Origin: Bradymonadales bacterium
GTDB lineage: Bacteria; Bdellovibrionota; UBA2394
Assembly (NCBI GenBank): GCA_007693605.1
Contig: REDG01000045.1
Span: 2,043 to 66,042, forward strand
Direction: 5' to 3'
Length of the DNA stretch: 64,000 bases
A program made the translations under genes and the position numbers. The notes beneath the pieces were generated by a model. That model worked only from the letters and a program-made list of their open reading frames with translations, was not told the origin of the DNA and did not search any database. Numbering within the stretch: position 1 is the first letter of the stretch; each line of letters begins with the position of its first letter. Of this stretch, positions 9,569-20,783 are shown one piece after another.

Positions 9569-11088
9569 AGAGATTCGGTCCGACCGTTAAGCCGATTCTC
9601 AGTCACGAAGAGGCTTTGATTTTTGAGAAGTCAAAGCCCGGCCGACTTGGATATTCCCTTCCCCCGCTGGATGTGCCAGAGGTTCAACCTCAAGATTTAG
9701 GCGTAGCAAGCGAACAGGTCCGAACAGACGGAGCCCTGTTTCCAGAAGCTTCAGAAAATGAACTGGTGCGACACTTCACTCGGTTGTCTCAGAAAAACTG
9801 TGCCATTGATTTAGAACTCTATCCCTTGGGATCTTGCACGATGAAGTATAATCCCAAAATTAACGAAGAATTGGCGTCTTCGTTTGGCTTTGGAGATCTG
9901 CACCCCTTTTGGCCCTTGAACCGACTGCAGCCGGCTTTGGCGATTCAGTATCAAATTCAGGAGCTCCTCAAAATCTTGACCGGCCTCGGCGCCGTCAGTC
10001 TTCAGCCGAGTGCAGGGGCTCATGGCGAGTATGTCGGCATTAAGGTGATGCGGGCCTATCATCGAAGCAAGGGGCAGGATGAAAAGAAAACCAAAGTCTT
10101 GATTCCCGAGTCTGCTCACGGCACCAATCCCGCCACCTGTAGCATGGTCGGATACGAGATTGTTTCTATTCCGACCAACGAAAAGGGGATTGTCGAGCTA
10201 CAAGATGTTTTTGATTTGATAGACGATTCGACCGCCGGAATCATGATGACGAACCCCAACACTTTGGGCTTGTTTGAAACACAGCTGCCACAAATCGCCA
10301 AGAGACTGCACGAGGTAGATGGTCTCTTTTATATGGACGGAGCTAATTTTAATGCGCTTTTGGGAATTAGTTTTCCGGGAGATCTGGGAGTGGATCTCAT
10401 GCACATAAACCTCCATAAGACTTTCTCTACCCCTCATGGCGGCGGAGGTCCTGGGGCTGGGGCGGTCGCCGTCCGACAAGATCTAGAGAAGTTTCTGCCA
10501 AGCCCCTTGGTTGGAAAGACGGACAGTGAGTATTTTTGGAAGGAAAATGAAGCCTCAATCGGAAGAGTGGGTGGCTATTTCGGAAACTTTTCGATTCAAG
10601 TTCGGGCTCTTGCCTACCTATTGTCGATTGGCAATGATCCGAAAACGAAATCTCCTATCTTCAGAAGAATCTCAGAGGCGGCCGTACTGAATGCGAACTA
10701 CATCCGTGCCAGGCTAAAGGACTACTACCGAATTCCGTTTGACACGATCTGTATGCACGAAGTGCTTCTTTCAGATGAGCTTCAAAAGTCTCAAAAACTG
10801 AGCACCCAAGATATTGCAAAGAGGCTGATGGATTATGGCTATCACCCCATGACCGTCTATTTTCCTCTAGTTGTTTCTGGCGCCATGTTGATTGAGCCCA
10901 CAGAGAGCGAATCGAAAGAAAGCATAGACCGATTTTGCGAGGCGATGATTTCTATAGCGAGAGAGTGCCAAGAGAATCCAAAGCTCGTCTCAACCGCCCC
11001 TCACTCGTGCTTTCGAACTCGACCGGATGAGCTGCTCGCTCAAAAAAAGCCAAAACTTCGATGGCTGAGCGAAGAATCACTCCACTGA
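9565..11088 (+). CDS. gcvPB: glycine dehydrogenase (decarboxylating) subunit 2
   Basis: The start ATG at 9565 overlaps the gcvPA TGA in an ATGA arrangement. The PLP-dependent C-terminal half of P-protein is recognisable. The listed ORF 9478 start lies inside gcvPA and is an upstream read-through. Confidence 0.9.
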   Translation: MKRFGPTVKPILSHEEALIFEKSKPGRLGYSLPPLDVPEVQPQDLGVASEQVRTDGALFPEASENELVRHFTRLSQKNCAIDLELYPLGSCTMKYNPKINEELASSFGFGDLHPFWPLNRLQPALAIQYQIQELLKILTGLGAVSLQPSAGAHGEYVGIKVMRAYHRSKGQDEKKTKVLIPESAHGTNPATCSMVGYEIVSIPTNEKGIVELQDVFDLIDDSTAGIMMTNPNTLGLFETQLPQIAKRLHEVDGLFYMDGANFNALLGISFPGDLGVDLMHINLHKTFSTPHGGGGPGAGAVAVRQDLEKFLPSPLVGKTDSEYFWKENEASIGRVGGYFGNFSIQVRALAYLLSIGNDPKTKSPIFRRISEAAVLNANYIRARLKDYYRIPFDTICMHEVLLSDELQKSQKLSTQDIAKRLMDYGYHPMTVYFPLVVSGAMLIEPTESESKESIDRFCEAMISIARECQENPKLVSTAPHSCFRTRPDELLAQKKPKLRWLSEESLH

Positions 11089-12009
11089 ATATCCCCAGCC
11101 GGTCAAAAAGAAGATGAAACTCCAAGTGAGATAGATTAAGCCATCATCCTGAATCAAAGACTTCGGAGGGTTCGGAAAAGGACTTGAGTTCAAGAGCGTG
11201 TCGACAGCGTGTTGGTCATAGTGCGGAAAAAGGGTAGGACTCAAAATCTCCCAGCGCTGAATCTCTCCATTTTGATCGAGCACCAAGGCCACCGTTGTTG
11301 AAATCCGATCGTATCGTCGCATATCAGCTTGAAAGTAGTTCATTGGGTTCCACCGACTGCTAAGCCTGTCGCGCATTCGATTGATATAACCGGCATAGTC
11401 GAGACCAAAGGCGTTCAATTTCAACTCTTCGCCCTTCTCTAGCCTCTCCACAAAATCCCTCGAAAAGCGTCTCTGCCGAGGGAGCTCTCGGTCTTGCTGC
11501 CGAAGGGGCTCTCGAAGTTGATCCATCTCGATTGAACTCAACGAAAAACTCTCTAAAAGCTCTCTCGACTCCTGTTGAGGCGTCGACTCCGCCGACTCGC
11601 TTGGGCCCAGCTCTGAAATGTCAGGACTCGTTTCTTGTTCTGCCCGCAGGTCTCTTTCGCTCACAAAATCTGCCCGATCTGGCGCCTCGCTTGCAGCCTC
11701 CTGATCACTTGCCACGACTTGTCTTGAGGGCACTAAGTCAACCTGAATCAGGCGATCCTCTCGAACGGGTCGAAGGTCCATACTCGGCAAGAACTGAGAA
11801 AGGAAGACCAGACTCAAATGCGCCGCAATCGAAAATAACAAGCAAATTGTTAAAAGTTGGGTGCCAGAAATTCGAATTTGCTCTCTTTGCGTGCTCACAA
11901 TATCCCTACAAACATCATACAGTTGCGCAATCGAAAAGTCAGTGGAGTCTGCAAAATTTGCAGTGCAGCGCCTAAAAGTGTCAATTTTTACCTGCCCAGA
12001 GCCCTTCAA
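11077..12009 (-). CDS. TonB C-terminal-domain protein (energy transducer TonB-like)
   Basis: Single N-proximal TM helix (LLTICLLFSIAAHLSLVFL), then an acidic/Ser-rich linker, then a C-terminal block TTVALVLDQNGEIQRWEILSPTLFPHYDQHAVDTL...PFPNPP resembling the TonB_C fold. Exact start uncertain. Confidence 0.55.
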   Translation of the reverse strand: MKGSGQVKIDTFRRCTANFADSTDFSIAQLYDVCRDIVSTQREQIRISGTQLLTICLLFSIAAHLSLVFLSQFLPSMDLRPVREDRLIQVDLVPSRQVVASDQEAASEAPDRADFVSERDLRAEQETSPDISELGPSESAESTPQQESRELLESFSLSSIEMDQLREPLRQQDRELPRQRRFSRDFVERLEKGEELKLNAFGLDYAGYINRMRDRLSSRWNPMNYFQADMRRYDRISTTVALVLDQNGEIQRWEILSPTLFPHYDQHAVDTLLNSSPFPNPPKSLIQDDGLIYLTWSFIFFLTGWGYSVE

Positions 12010-12039
12010 GTCGGCATTGCTTTTGCTTCCTCAAAGAGC

Positions 12040-12276
12040 ATGAAAAGATTAGTGCCCTATACTGTAGCCCTGTGTTCGATCCTATTCCTCTCTGCTTGTG
12101 GCGATGAAATTTGCACTCATCAAAGAGGTTCTAGTGGTCATAGTTCCATTCAAGGTGAAATCCCCTTATCGACTCGCTGTAATAGTCAATTTATTGGAGA
12201 AGGCTCAGACTATCTGAACAGCCTTCACCCGGGCAGTGATTCGGATCGCAATCCTACGGATAACTTTTTCGAATAA
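12040..12276 (+). CDS. small lipoprotein (78 aa)
   Basis: MKRLVPYTVALCSILFLSACGDE: signal peptide plus lipobox (LSAC). Same strand and immediately upstream of the FHA-CpaF ATPase gene. Confidence 0.45.
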   Translation: MKRLVPYTVALCSILFLSACGDEICTHQRGSSGHSSIQGEIPLSTRCNSQFIGEGSDYLNSLHPGSDSDRNPTDNFFE

Positions 12277-12330
12277 CTCTCTGACCAAAACATGGGACAG
12301 GTAAAAGAAAGAGATCGATAGAAGGCCCCA

Positions 12331-13608
12331 ATGAACTCAGGAATACAGCTACAGATTCAAGAACTCACCGAGAAGCGTCGTTACCGAAATCGAGTGGTTC
12401 GGGTAAATTCAGAGAGCATCACGATCGGCTCAGATGGTAGCCAAGACATTGACCTCACGGCCTTCGATCAGAACTTTGAAGTCGAAATCAAGTTTGACGG
12501 TAAAGACTGGTGGATTCTCAACCTTCATCGATCTCCTCAGCTCAGAATCAATGGAAGACTGATTGAAAAGGAAGCAAAGATTTCGGACTCTGATCGAATT
12601 CTGATCCACGAACACCAAATTCTTGTCCGATTCGAAGAACAGGGCAGTGAGAAGGCATCAACATACTCTTTTCATCACCGATTCGCGTCAGATCAAGAAT
12701 TATGGCGCCACCTTCTAGAAGAGAAGGAGTTCGACGAGGTCTTAATCAATGGCCCCTCGAAGATTTTCGTCGACTATCAGGGGCAGCTTCTTTTAAGCCC
12801 CTGGAAGTTCAAGTCAAAGGACTTCATCCCCTCAATCATTCGAGCTCAGGGGAAGACAGAGGGTTGGGTGTCTTGGCAGATCAATCGAAGCCTAAGACTG
12901 CAGGCCGCACTCCCTCCGATTGTCGACGAGGCCCATCTCAGCATTCGAAAGGCGAGACAAAGTGTATTTAGTTTGACCGAACTTGAAGATCGGGACTTCA
13001 TGAGCCCAGAACTCGCAAGAAGTCTTCGAGAGGCCGTGAAGAGAAGAGAGAGCATCCTCATTTCAGGGGGAACCTCGACCGGCAAGACCGTGCTTCTTAG
13101 AAGTTTGGTCCAAGAAGTGCCAGAAGACCAGAGGGTCATCATTGTTGAAGAAGAGGCAGAAACAAACTGGCCTCATCCCCATGCCGTCTCGATCGAATCT
13201 GGTCGTGGCAATGTGGAGACCTCAGTGAAGGAATGTCTCCGATTTCGACCAGACCGACTGATCATCAGTGAGATTCGAGGGGGGGAGGCTTTTGATTTTC
13301 TTCAGGCCATCAACACCGGGCATGCGGGCAGTATGACGACGATTCACGCCAACTCCCCAAGAGAGGCCCTTCAACGAATCGAGACTTTAATCCTTGCACG
13401 AGGATTGGCCGTCTCTCCAGAAGCGGTTCGTCAGCAACTTTCTCAGGCCATTCGCTTGGTGGTGCAACTTGAGCGAGACGATAGTGGTCATCGAAGAATC
13501 TCTCAAATTATGAGAGTCACAGGAATCCAGAACTCGGTCATCTTGATGGGAGATGTTTCGAAGCTTGAAGGATTCGGAATCCAAACAGAGCTAAAACAAA
13601 TAAAATAA
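12331..13608 (+). CDS. CpaF/TadA-family type II/IV secretion ATPase with N-terminal FHA-like domain
   Basis: Walker A GGTSTGKTV, Walker B/Asp box DRLIISEIRGGEA, His box TGHAGSMTTIHANS. N-terminal ~110 aa show an FHA-like pattern (ITIGSDGSQDIDL...RINGRLI) but lack the canonical pThr-binding R/S/H/N residues. Confidence 0.8.
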   Translation: MNSGIQLQIQELTEKRRYRNRVVRVNSESITIGSDGSQDIDLTAFDQNFEVEIKFDGKDWWILNLHRSPQLRINGRLIEKEAKISDSDRILIHEHQILVRFEEQGSEKASTYSFHHRFASDQELWRHLLEEKEFDEVLINGPSKIFVDYQGQLLLSPWKFKSKDFIPSIIRAQGKTEGWVSWQINRSLRLQAALPPIVDEAHLSIRKARQSVFSLTELEDRDFMSPELARSLREAVKRRESILISGGTSTGKTVLLRSLVQEVPEDQRVIIVEEEAETNWPHPHAVSIESGRGNVETSVKECLRFRPDRLIISEIRGGEAFDFLQAINTGHAGSMTTIHANSPREALQRIETLILARGLAVSPEAVRQQLSQAIRLVVQLERDDSGHRRISQIMRVTGIQNSVILMGDVSKLEGFGIQTELKQIK

Positions 13609-15025
13609 ACAGAAAGGCCCAAGAAATTGGCCTGGTGTGAGGAGAGAGCATACAACCTCCCGCGCGCCATTCTTGGTCGAACGCGAACTCTTCTTGTAGC
13701 AAGGGAAGAATGTCTTTCATCACATAGTCGGACAATGTCTCATGAGTGGCACCCTGAGCACTGATGGGATCACTGTTGGCGAGGCTTTCATTTGTAATCA
13801 ACTCCACTCCTCGATTTGGAACACCATGAAGAACATGAAGCGTAGCGGCCAAGATTGCCAGTCTCGGAGAGTAGAAACTGGTCTCTCGATTGGACTCCCT
13901 AGCCTTTCCGTCGTAGAAGTTCGGAGAGAAATAGGTCGGAAGGCCCGTAGAAACAGCCCAGTCTCCGAAGAGAAAAGGTCGACTCATGAGGTCACTTGAA
14001 ACTTGAGAGAGTAGAATATAATCGCCAGGGGGAATTTCCCGAAAAGAAAAGCTTCCGTCCTCTCTTGTCCAAGACACGGCATCCACTAGATCCCAATTGT
14101 TGTCAGACTTCGAGTACTCTTCTAGCTTTAAAGAGGGGATGAGCAGAACACTAGCACCCGCGATCGGCTCTCCGTCGAGACCGCTCATAATCTTCCCTTC
14201 AAGCTTGGTGCCTTGCAGATTGTTCCCATAAAGATAGCGAAGCCAAGCGACTTCTTGCACCCGTCCCAAATGCGTTCTCTGCCTGTTTGGTTCAAAAATA
14301 GGATTCATCACCGAACGAGCATGTGTCGAAGCTTCAAGCCCTAAGGCCCGCCCTATTTCAAAGACTAAGACCGACCGAACTGAATAAAATGATTGAAACT
14401 GCTGACTCAAGCATTGACTCGAACAGCTTTTCCAGGGGGAGTATCGTGGATTTAAAAATATCCCAGTCCAATCGGCGGTGGCGAGAGAACGAAAATCGTC
14501 CACACTAAAAATCTGCTTAAGATCACTTCTGGCCCCTACTTGAAAGCTAGGAATTTCTGAGTCTGAAAAAGAAAAGAGCCAATGCTTCTCTACGATGGCT
14601 TGGCCCTCTGAATCAAGAATCAGCTCATCAGCTTCGTCCTTTAGATAAGGAATTCTGGCCTCGTCCACAAAGCCAAGAAAACTTGCTTCTAGTTCGATCT
14701 CCCCAAGTTGTTCATTCCAAAAGGACAGCGCTGACTTGACGGTATCCCTGATTGCTTTGGCTGCAACACTCTCATGGGTCATCCCTTCAGGAATATGAAG
14801 CTTCCAAGAAATGCAGATTTTCTCAAGCTCGGCCGGACAGTCGGAGTGAACGATGTTTGGTATCCATCGAGCTTCAAAATCCCCCTCACTTAACTCCTGG
14901 AGGGATCTCTTGTTTCCTTCTGTATCGAAGAGATGAAGTCGCAGCCCATCCGCTTGAAGCTCAAGACTCCAGCCTAAGATGACGGCACCCAAAATCAACG
15001 AAATTGCCTGTTTGAAGCAGAACAT
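13538..15025 (-). CDS. secreted protein with degenerate matrixin-like zinc-site motif and carboxypeptidase-regulatory-like beta domain
   Basis: N-terminal signal peptide. Residues 221-242, FEIGRALGLEASTHARSVMNP, align to the matrixin HEIGHxLGLxHSxxxxAlMxP motif with all three His ligands substituted. IMSGLDGEPIAGASVLLIPS...GDYILL resembles the CarbopepD_reg fold. The 3' end overlaps the convergent CpaF gene by about 70 nt. Confidence 0.6.
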   Translation of the reverse strand: MFCFKQAISLILGAVILGWSLELQADGLRLHLFDTEGNKRSLQELSEGDFEARWIPNIVHSDCPAELEKICISWKLHIPEGMTHESVAAKAIRDTVKSALSFWNEQLGEIELEASFLGFVDEARIPYLKDEADELILDSEGQAIVEKHWLFSFSDSEIPSFQVGARSDLKQIFSVDDFRSLATADWTGIFLNPRYSPWKSCSSQCLSQQFQSFYSVRSVLVFEIGRALGLEASTHARSVMNPIFEPNRQRTHLGRVQEVAWLRYLYGNNLQGTKLEGKIMSGLDGEPIAGASVLLIPSLKLEEYSKSDNNWDLVDAVSWTREDGSFSFREIPPGDYILLSQVSSDLMSRPFLFGDWAVSTGLPTYFSPNFYDGKARESNRETSFYSPRLAILAATLHVLHGVPNRGVELITNESLANSDPISAQGATHETLSDYVMKDILPLLQEEFAFDQEWRAGGCMLSPHTRPISWAFLFILFVLALFGFRILQASKHLPSR

Positions 15026-15160
15026 GAACTCTTATTTCCCCTAGACTAGAGCCATGCAAGCCCTATGCTCAAACCATCATAGTAATTTCAACAGTTTAGA
15101 GGCCATTCGAAAGCGAACTGCCCCATTCCTGTCGCAAAGAAGGCCCGGTAGACTTGAGTT

Positions 15161-15730
15161 ATGGGGAAGATCCTAGGCTCAGGGATTGATCAACGGCTGC
15201 AGGCTCTCGACCGAGGCTTAGAGAATCTTAAAAGTCTTTATGAACAGTACTTCTGTGGCTTGATTCGAAGGGAGCCCATTGACGAGCATAGAAATTGGAA
15301 GAGAGAGCTTAACTCAATCAGCTCAACCGATCTCTCTTCGGCCCCCTACAAGTTTCGATACAAAAACTTGAAGGCCAGACATCTAAGCTATTCTCGTCTT
15401 TGGGAGAGAACGGTTTTGGCCATTGAAGAGGGCCGATTTGTTCGAGAGCATCACCGAATAAAGAATCGGCCAAAAAGCACTGATCAGAAGCCGTCTTCAG
15501 AAGATAGTCAGGCTCTGGCCGTTGATCGAGACAAGCTTGAGAAGCTCTATCTCAACCTAAAATCAAAGTTGGGGAATGATCAGAAGATCCCCCAGAAAGA
15601 AAGGTTTTTTGATCAGGTACAACTTCAGATCGCCCGATTCAAAGAAAAGAACCCCAATCAAAAATTTCAGATTAAAGTGGCTAAAGATCCGGCCGGAAAG
15701 TTCCAGCTGAAGATTCAAAAGAAATCTTAA
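15161..15730 (+). CDS. hypothetical protein (189 aa, Lys-rich C-terminus)
   Basis: Long ORF with coding-like composition in the intergenic space between convergent genes. No recognisable motif. Confidence 0.45.
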   Translation: MGKILGSGIDQRLQALDRGLENLKSLYEQYFCGLIRREPIDEHRNWKRELNSISSTDLSSAPYKFRYKNLKARHLSYSRLWERTVLAIEEGRFVREHHRIKNRPKSTDQKPSSEDSQALAVDRDKLEKLYLNLKSKLGNDQKIPQKERFFDQVQLQIARFKEKNPNQKFQIKVAKDPAGKFQLKIQKKS

Positions 15731-15732
15731 TC

Positions 15733-15990
15733 CTAAACTGGGGATCTTTTTTCCTTCTTTAGATCCGCCTGGCCTTTGAGTCTCTTGTAGAGACCAGAGC
15801 CAATAAAAATCGGGGCTGCAATCGCACATGCAGGACACAGGCTTCCCAGGGTCGCCATCGTCAAACCACCATAAGTCGTAAAGCCTAGTCCCACAAGAAA
15901 ATCAAAACTTCCTCGGTCGGGACTCAGCCGTTTGTAGCGGCTCAAGCGACCTGTTGTCTTCTCGGCTTTCTTTTGGTCTTCATTCCCCAT
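15733..15990 (-). CDS. small membrane protein (85 aa) downstream of atpC
   Basis: Two hydrophobic segments and an LCPAC motif. Same strand and directly after the ATP synthase epsilon gene. Confidence 0.4.
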   Translation of the reverse strand: MGNEDQKKAEKTTGRLSRYKRLSPDRGSFDFLVGLGFTTYGGLTMATLGSLCPACAIAAPIFIGSGLYKRLKGQADLKKEKRSPV

Positions 15991-16059
15991 GAGAGCACCT
16001 CACCCACTTGTTCGTTCCCAAAGCAGAAAAGGTTACAGACATTTACTAAAGCATGGAAT

Positions 16060-16314
16060 TCAGGCGGCTTTTGCCTCGGAACACAGAACCATCACCACAG
16101 AGCCTTCAACCTTTAGCACGCCTTCACTTAAACTAAACTCTGCCACGCTTTGCTTGTTCCTTCTGAGAAGAAGCGGACCCGGTCGAATGAAGCTGACAAA
16201 GTTCGTATGCCTTTCAAGGATATTCAACTGACCAGCCTCTCCCTCAATCACGAGATCGTCGACTGAATCATCAAAAATCACCCGTTCTGGGGTGGCCACT
16301 TTAACCTGAAACAT
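16060..16314 (-). CDS. atpC: F0F1 ATP synthase epsilon subunit, short form (beta-sandwich domain only)
   Basis: 84 aa matching the N-terminal beta-sandwich of epsilon (VIEGEAGQLNILERHTNFVSFIRPG...). The C-terminal helical hairpin is absent. Position after atpD. Confidence 0.8.
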   Translation of the reverse strand: MFQVKVATPERVIFDDSVDDLVIEGEAGQLNILERHTNFVSFIRPGPLLLRRNKQSVAEFSLSEGVLKVEGSVVMVLCSEAKAA

Positions 16315-16316
16315 TC

Positions 16317-17774
<1,458 letters not shown>

Positions 17775-17802
17775 CTAAAAATCTTCTCTATAAAACTTCT
17801 AT

Positions 17803-18672
17803 TTAAGCAATCGCCTCGGCTCCGCCAATGATCTCCATCAGCTCCTTGGTAATTGCCGCCTGACGGGCTCTGTTTTTCTTCAAGGTGAGTCTTCCGATCA
17901 TATCCCTCGCATTATTACTGGCAGAGTCCATGGCCGCCATTCTTGCCGCATGCTCAGACGCAAAGGACTCCAAAAACGCTCGATAGATCTGAAAGTCAAT
18001 CAACATCGGAAGCAAGTCTCTTACCAAGACCTTCGCCTCTGGCTCATACTTAAAGCTCTTCAAGCTAGACTCAAGCCCCTCTTCTCCGTCTTCGAGTTGA
18101 CTCTCAATCGATAGGGGAAGAAGCCTCTCTACCCGAGGCTTCTGAACGACCGGAGAGAAAAACTCATTGTAGACCACATCGATCCGATCAACGGCCTCAG
18201 AGCTAAACTTAGATTGAAGCTCACTCGAAATCTCTTTCACGAAACTGAAGTCCACTCGCTTCATCAAGTCGACTTCTTTTTTAAAGATCGGCACGGATCG
18301 CTTCTGAAAGTAATTCACGGCCTTCTTTCCAAAAGCAAAGACCTCAGTCGAAATTCCTGAACTTTCAATCTCTTTGTGAGCGCGCTTTAAAAGATTAGAA
18401 GTCAAACTGCCGCACAAGCCCCGATCTGCACCAATCACCACCACTAAAGCCTTCTCTACTTTTCTTTCGTGGCAGAGTGGCGAGTCCAATTCATGCTCTG
18501 CCAGAATGTTGCGCACGATTTTTTGCAGCTCCTCGGCGTAGGGTCGAGAGGCTTGAGCTCTCTCTTGCGCTCGGCGCAGCTTCGCGGCGGAAACCATCTT
18601 CATGGCTTTCGTAATCTTCTGAGTGTTCTTTACACTCGAGATTCGCTTTCGAATTTCCTTCAAGCCCGACAA
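17803..18672 (-). CDS. atpG: F0F1 ATP synthase gamma subunit
   Basis: 289 aa with the gamma N-terminus MSGLKEIRKRISSVKNTQKITKAMKMVSAAKLRRAQ. Confidence 0.9.
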   Translation of the reverse strand: MSGLKEIRKRISSVKNTQKITKAMKMVSAAKLRRAQERAQASRPYAEELQKIVRNILAEHELDSPLCHERKVEKALVVVIGADRGLCGSLTSNLLKRAHKEIESSGISTEVFAFGKKAVNYFQKRSVPIFKKEVDLMKRVDFSFVKEISSELQSKFSSEAVDRIDVVYNEFFSPVVQKPRVERLLPLSIESQLEDGEEGLESSLKSFKYEPEAKVLVRDLLPMLIDFQIYRAFLESFASEHAARMAAMDSASNNARDMIGRLTLKKNRARQAAITKELMEIIGGAEAIA

Positions 18673-18674
18673 AT

Positions 18675-20204
18675 CTACTTCTCCGACTTCATCTGAAACT
18701 GAAAATGATCTTCTTTAAATCTTTTAATAGCCGCTTCCAATGTCGGCCTCATGGCGTCATCCAAGACTTTCTTGTTTCGAATGTCGTCTAGAAGGCCCTG
18801 ATGATGGCTTTCGAGGAAGGGCAGAAACTCATCTTCAAAAGCCTTCACTCGATTCGCCGGAATCTCGTCAAGAAAGCCATTCACTCCAGCAAAAATCATC
18901 ACCACCTGCTTCTCAACCGGATAGGGGCTGTATTGACCCTGTTTCAAAATTTCAACAAGCCGAGCTCCTCGATTGAGCTGTTTCTGAGTGGCGGCGTCCA
19001 AATCACTTCCGAACTGTGCAAAAGACTCGAGCTCTCGATACTGGGCCAGATTTAACCTCAAACTGCCTGCCACAGATTTCATCGCCTTAATCTGGGCGCT
19101 CCCTCCAACCCGCGAGACCGAGTTTCCAACATTGATCGCTGGACGAACCCCAGAGTAAAACAAATCGGTCTCCAAAAATATCTGACCATCGGTAATAGAA
19201 ATCACATTGGTTGGGATATAGGCAGAAACATCTCCCGCTTGAGTCTCAATAATCGGAAGCGCGGTCAGCGAACCCGAACCCCTTTCGTTTGAAAGCTTGC
19301 ACGCCCTCTCTAGCAGCCGTGAATGGATGTAAAAGACATCCCCCGGATAAGCCTCTCGACCAGGAGGCCTTCGAAGCAAAAGAGAAAGCTGCCGATAGGC
19401 GACCGCTTGCTTCGACAAGTCATCGTAAATGATCAGAGCATGTTTTCCCTTGTCTCGAAAATACTCTGCCATGGCGCATCCGGAGTACGGGGCCAAAAAC
19501 TGAAGTGTGGCCGAATCGGTGGCTGAAGCTGAAATGACAGTCGTGTACTCCATGGCCCCAAACTTCTCTAGTTTTGCTACCACTTGAGCAACGGATGATT
19601 GCTTTTGCCCAATCGCGACATAAAAGCAAAGAACCCCCTGGCCCTTCTGGTTAATGATAGTGTCAATTGCAATCGCCGTCTTTCCAGTCTGACGATCCCC
19701 AATAATCAATTCGCGCTGTCCACGACCAATCGGAATCATTGCATCGATCGCCTTGATGCCGGTCTGCATCGGCTCCTTTACGCTCTGCCGAGGAACAATG
19801 CCGGGAGCCTTTTCTTCAATCGGTCGGCGGTCTTTTGAATTGATGGGCCCTTTTCCGTCGATGGCATTTCCAAGCCCATCGACGACTCGACCCAAAAGAG
19901 CTTCGCCTACTGGCACCGACGCAATCTCGCCAGTTCTCTTAACGCTGTCGCCCTCTTTGATCTTCTCGTACTCCCCGAGCACAGCAATTCCCACATCCGA
20001 ACTCTCGAGGTTCAGAACCAGCCCTTTTACATTGTTTGAAAACTCTACCAACTCTCCGTAGATAGCGGACTCCAAACCGTAAACACGAGCGATCCCGTCA
20101 CTGGCCGAGATCACGGTTCCGGTGTCTTTCGCCTCTAAAACTCTCTCAAATTTCCTGATTTTTGATTTGAGAATATCCCTGACTTCTTCTGCACGAATTG
20201 CCAT
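18675..20204 (-). CDS. atpA: F0F1 ATP synthase alpha subunit
   Basis: 509 aa with [10 protein letters not shown]-loop and alpha-specific blocks. Confidence 0.95.
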   Translation of the reverse strand: MAIRAEEVRDILKSKIRKFERVLEAKDTGTVISASDGIARVYGLESAIYGELVEFSNNVKGLVLNLESSDVGIAVLGEYEKIKEGDSVKRTGEIASVPVGEALLGRVVDGLGNAIDGKGPINSKDRRPIEEKAPGIVPRQSVKEPMQTGIKAIDAMIPIGRGQRELIIGDRQTGKTAIAIDTIINQKGQGVLCFYVAIGQKQSSVAQVVAKLEKFGAMEYTTVISASATDSATLQFLAPYSGCAMAEYFRDKGKHALIIYDDLSKQAVAYRQLSLLLRRPPGREAYPGDVFYIHSRLLERACKLSNERGSGSLTALPIIETQAGDVSAYIPTNVISITDGQIFLETDLFYSGVRPAINVGNSVSRVGGSAQIKAMKSVAGSLRLNLAQYRELESFAQFGSDLDAATQKQLNRGARLVEILKQGQYSPYPVEKQVVMIFAGVNGFLDEIPANRVKAFEDEFLPFLESHHQGLLDDIRNKKVLDDAMRPTLEAAIKRFKEDHFQFQMKSEK

Positions 20205-20225
20205 TTTTTTCCTCTCTACGCTTCT

Positions 20226-20783
20226 TTAAACCGCAGGCTTTGCGATACTTTGCTTTAATCGATTCAATTGTGTCTGAACACTTCCATCAAAACTTCGGCC
20301 TCGAGCCACCGCCACAAAACCGCCAACAAGACTCGGCACTTCCTTGATCTGAATTCTCAAGGATCTTTTCCACTGCTTTTCTAAAAAGTCCCGAATTCGG
20401 TTCTTCGTGGGCTCTTCTATCGATCGGGCCAATCTCAACTCGACGCTCAGCTCTCCAGCCTCTTCTTCCACTAGCTGTTGAAATATATCAACAATATCAT
20501 CTAGGACGGAAAAGCGATCCGCCTGAACAAGAAGACAGAAAAACCGATACGACTTCTCAACAACAGCCTCTAAAGATTTCAGGGCTTCAAGCTTGTCTTC
20601 TTTGCTCACAATCGGGCTTAAAAAAAACTTTCTAATCTGAGGGTCTGAGCGAAAGCAGCTTTGAAACAGCTTTAACTCTTCAAGAACCGATGCGGCATCC
20701 GACCCCTCGGCGTCCGAACTCGACTGACAGAGCTCAAAAAGGGCCTTCGCATATCGGCTTGCGGCCTCTCTTTCACGACGCAT
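20226..20783 (-). CDS. atpH: F0F1 ATP synthase delta subunit (OSCP)
   Basis: 185 aa between the b and alpha genes. YAKALFEL start is typical of delta. Confidence 0.8.
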   Translation of the reverse strand: MRREREAASRYAKALFELCQSSSDAEGSDAASVLEELKLFQSCFRSDPQIRKFFLSPIVSKEDKLEALKSLEAVVEKSYRFFCLLVQADRFSVLDDIVDIFQQLVEEEAGELSVELRLARSIEEPTKNRIRDFLEKQWKRSLRIQIKEVPSLVGGFVAVARGRSFDGSVQTQLNRLKQSIAKPAV

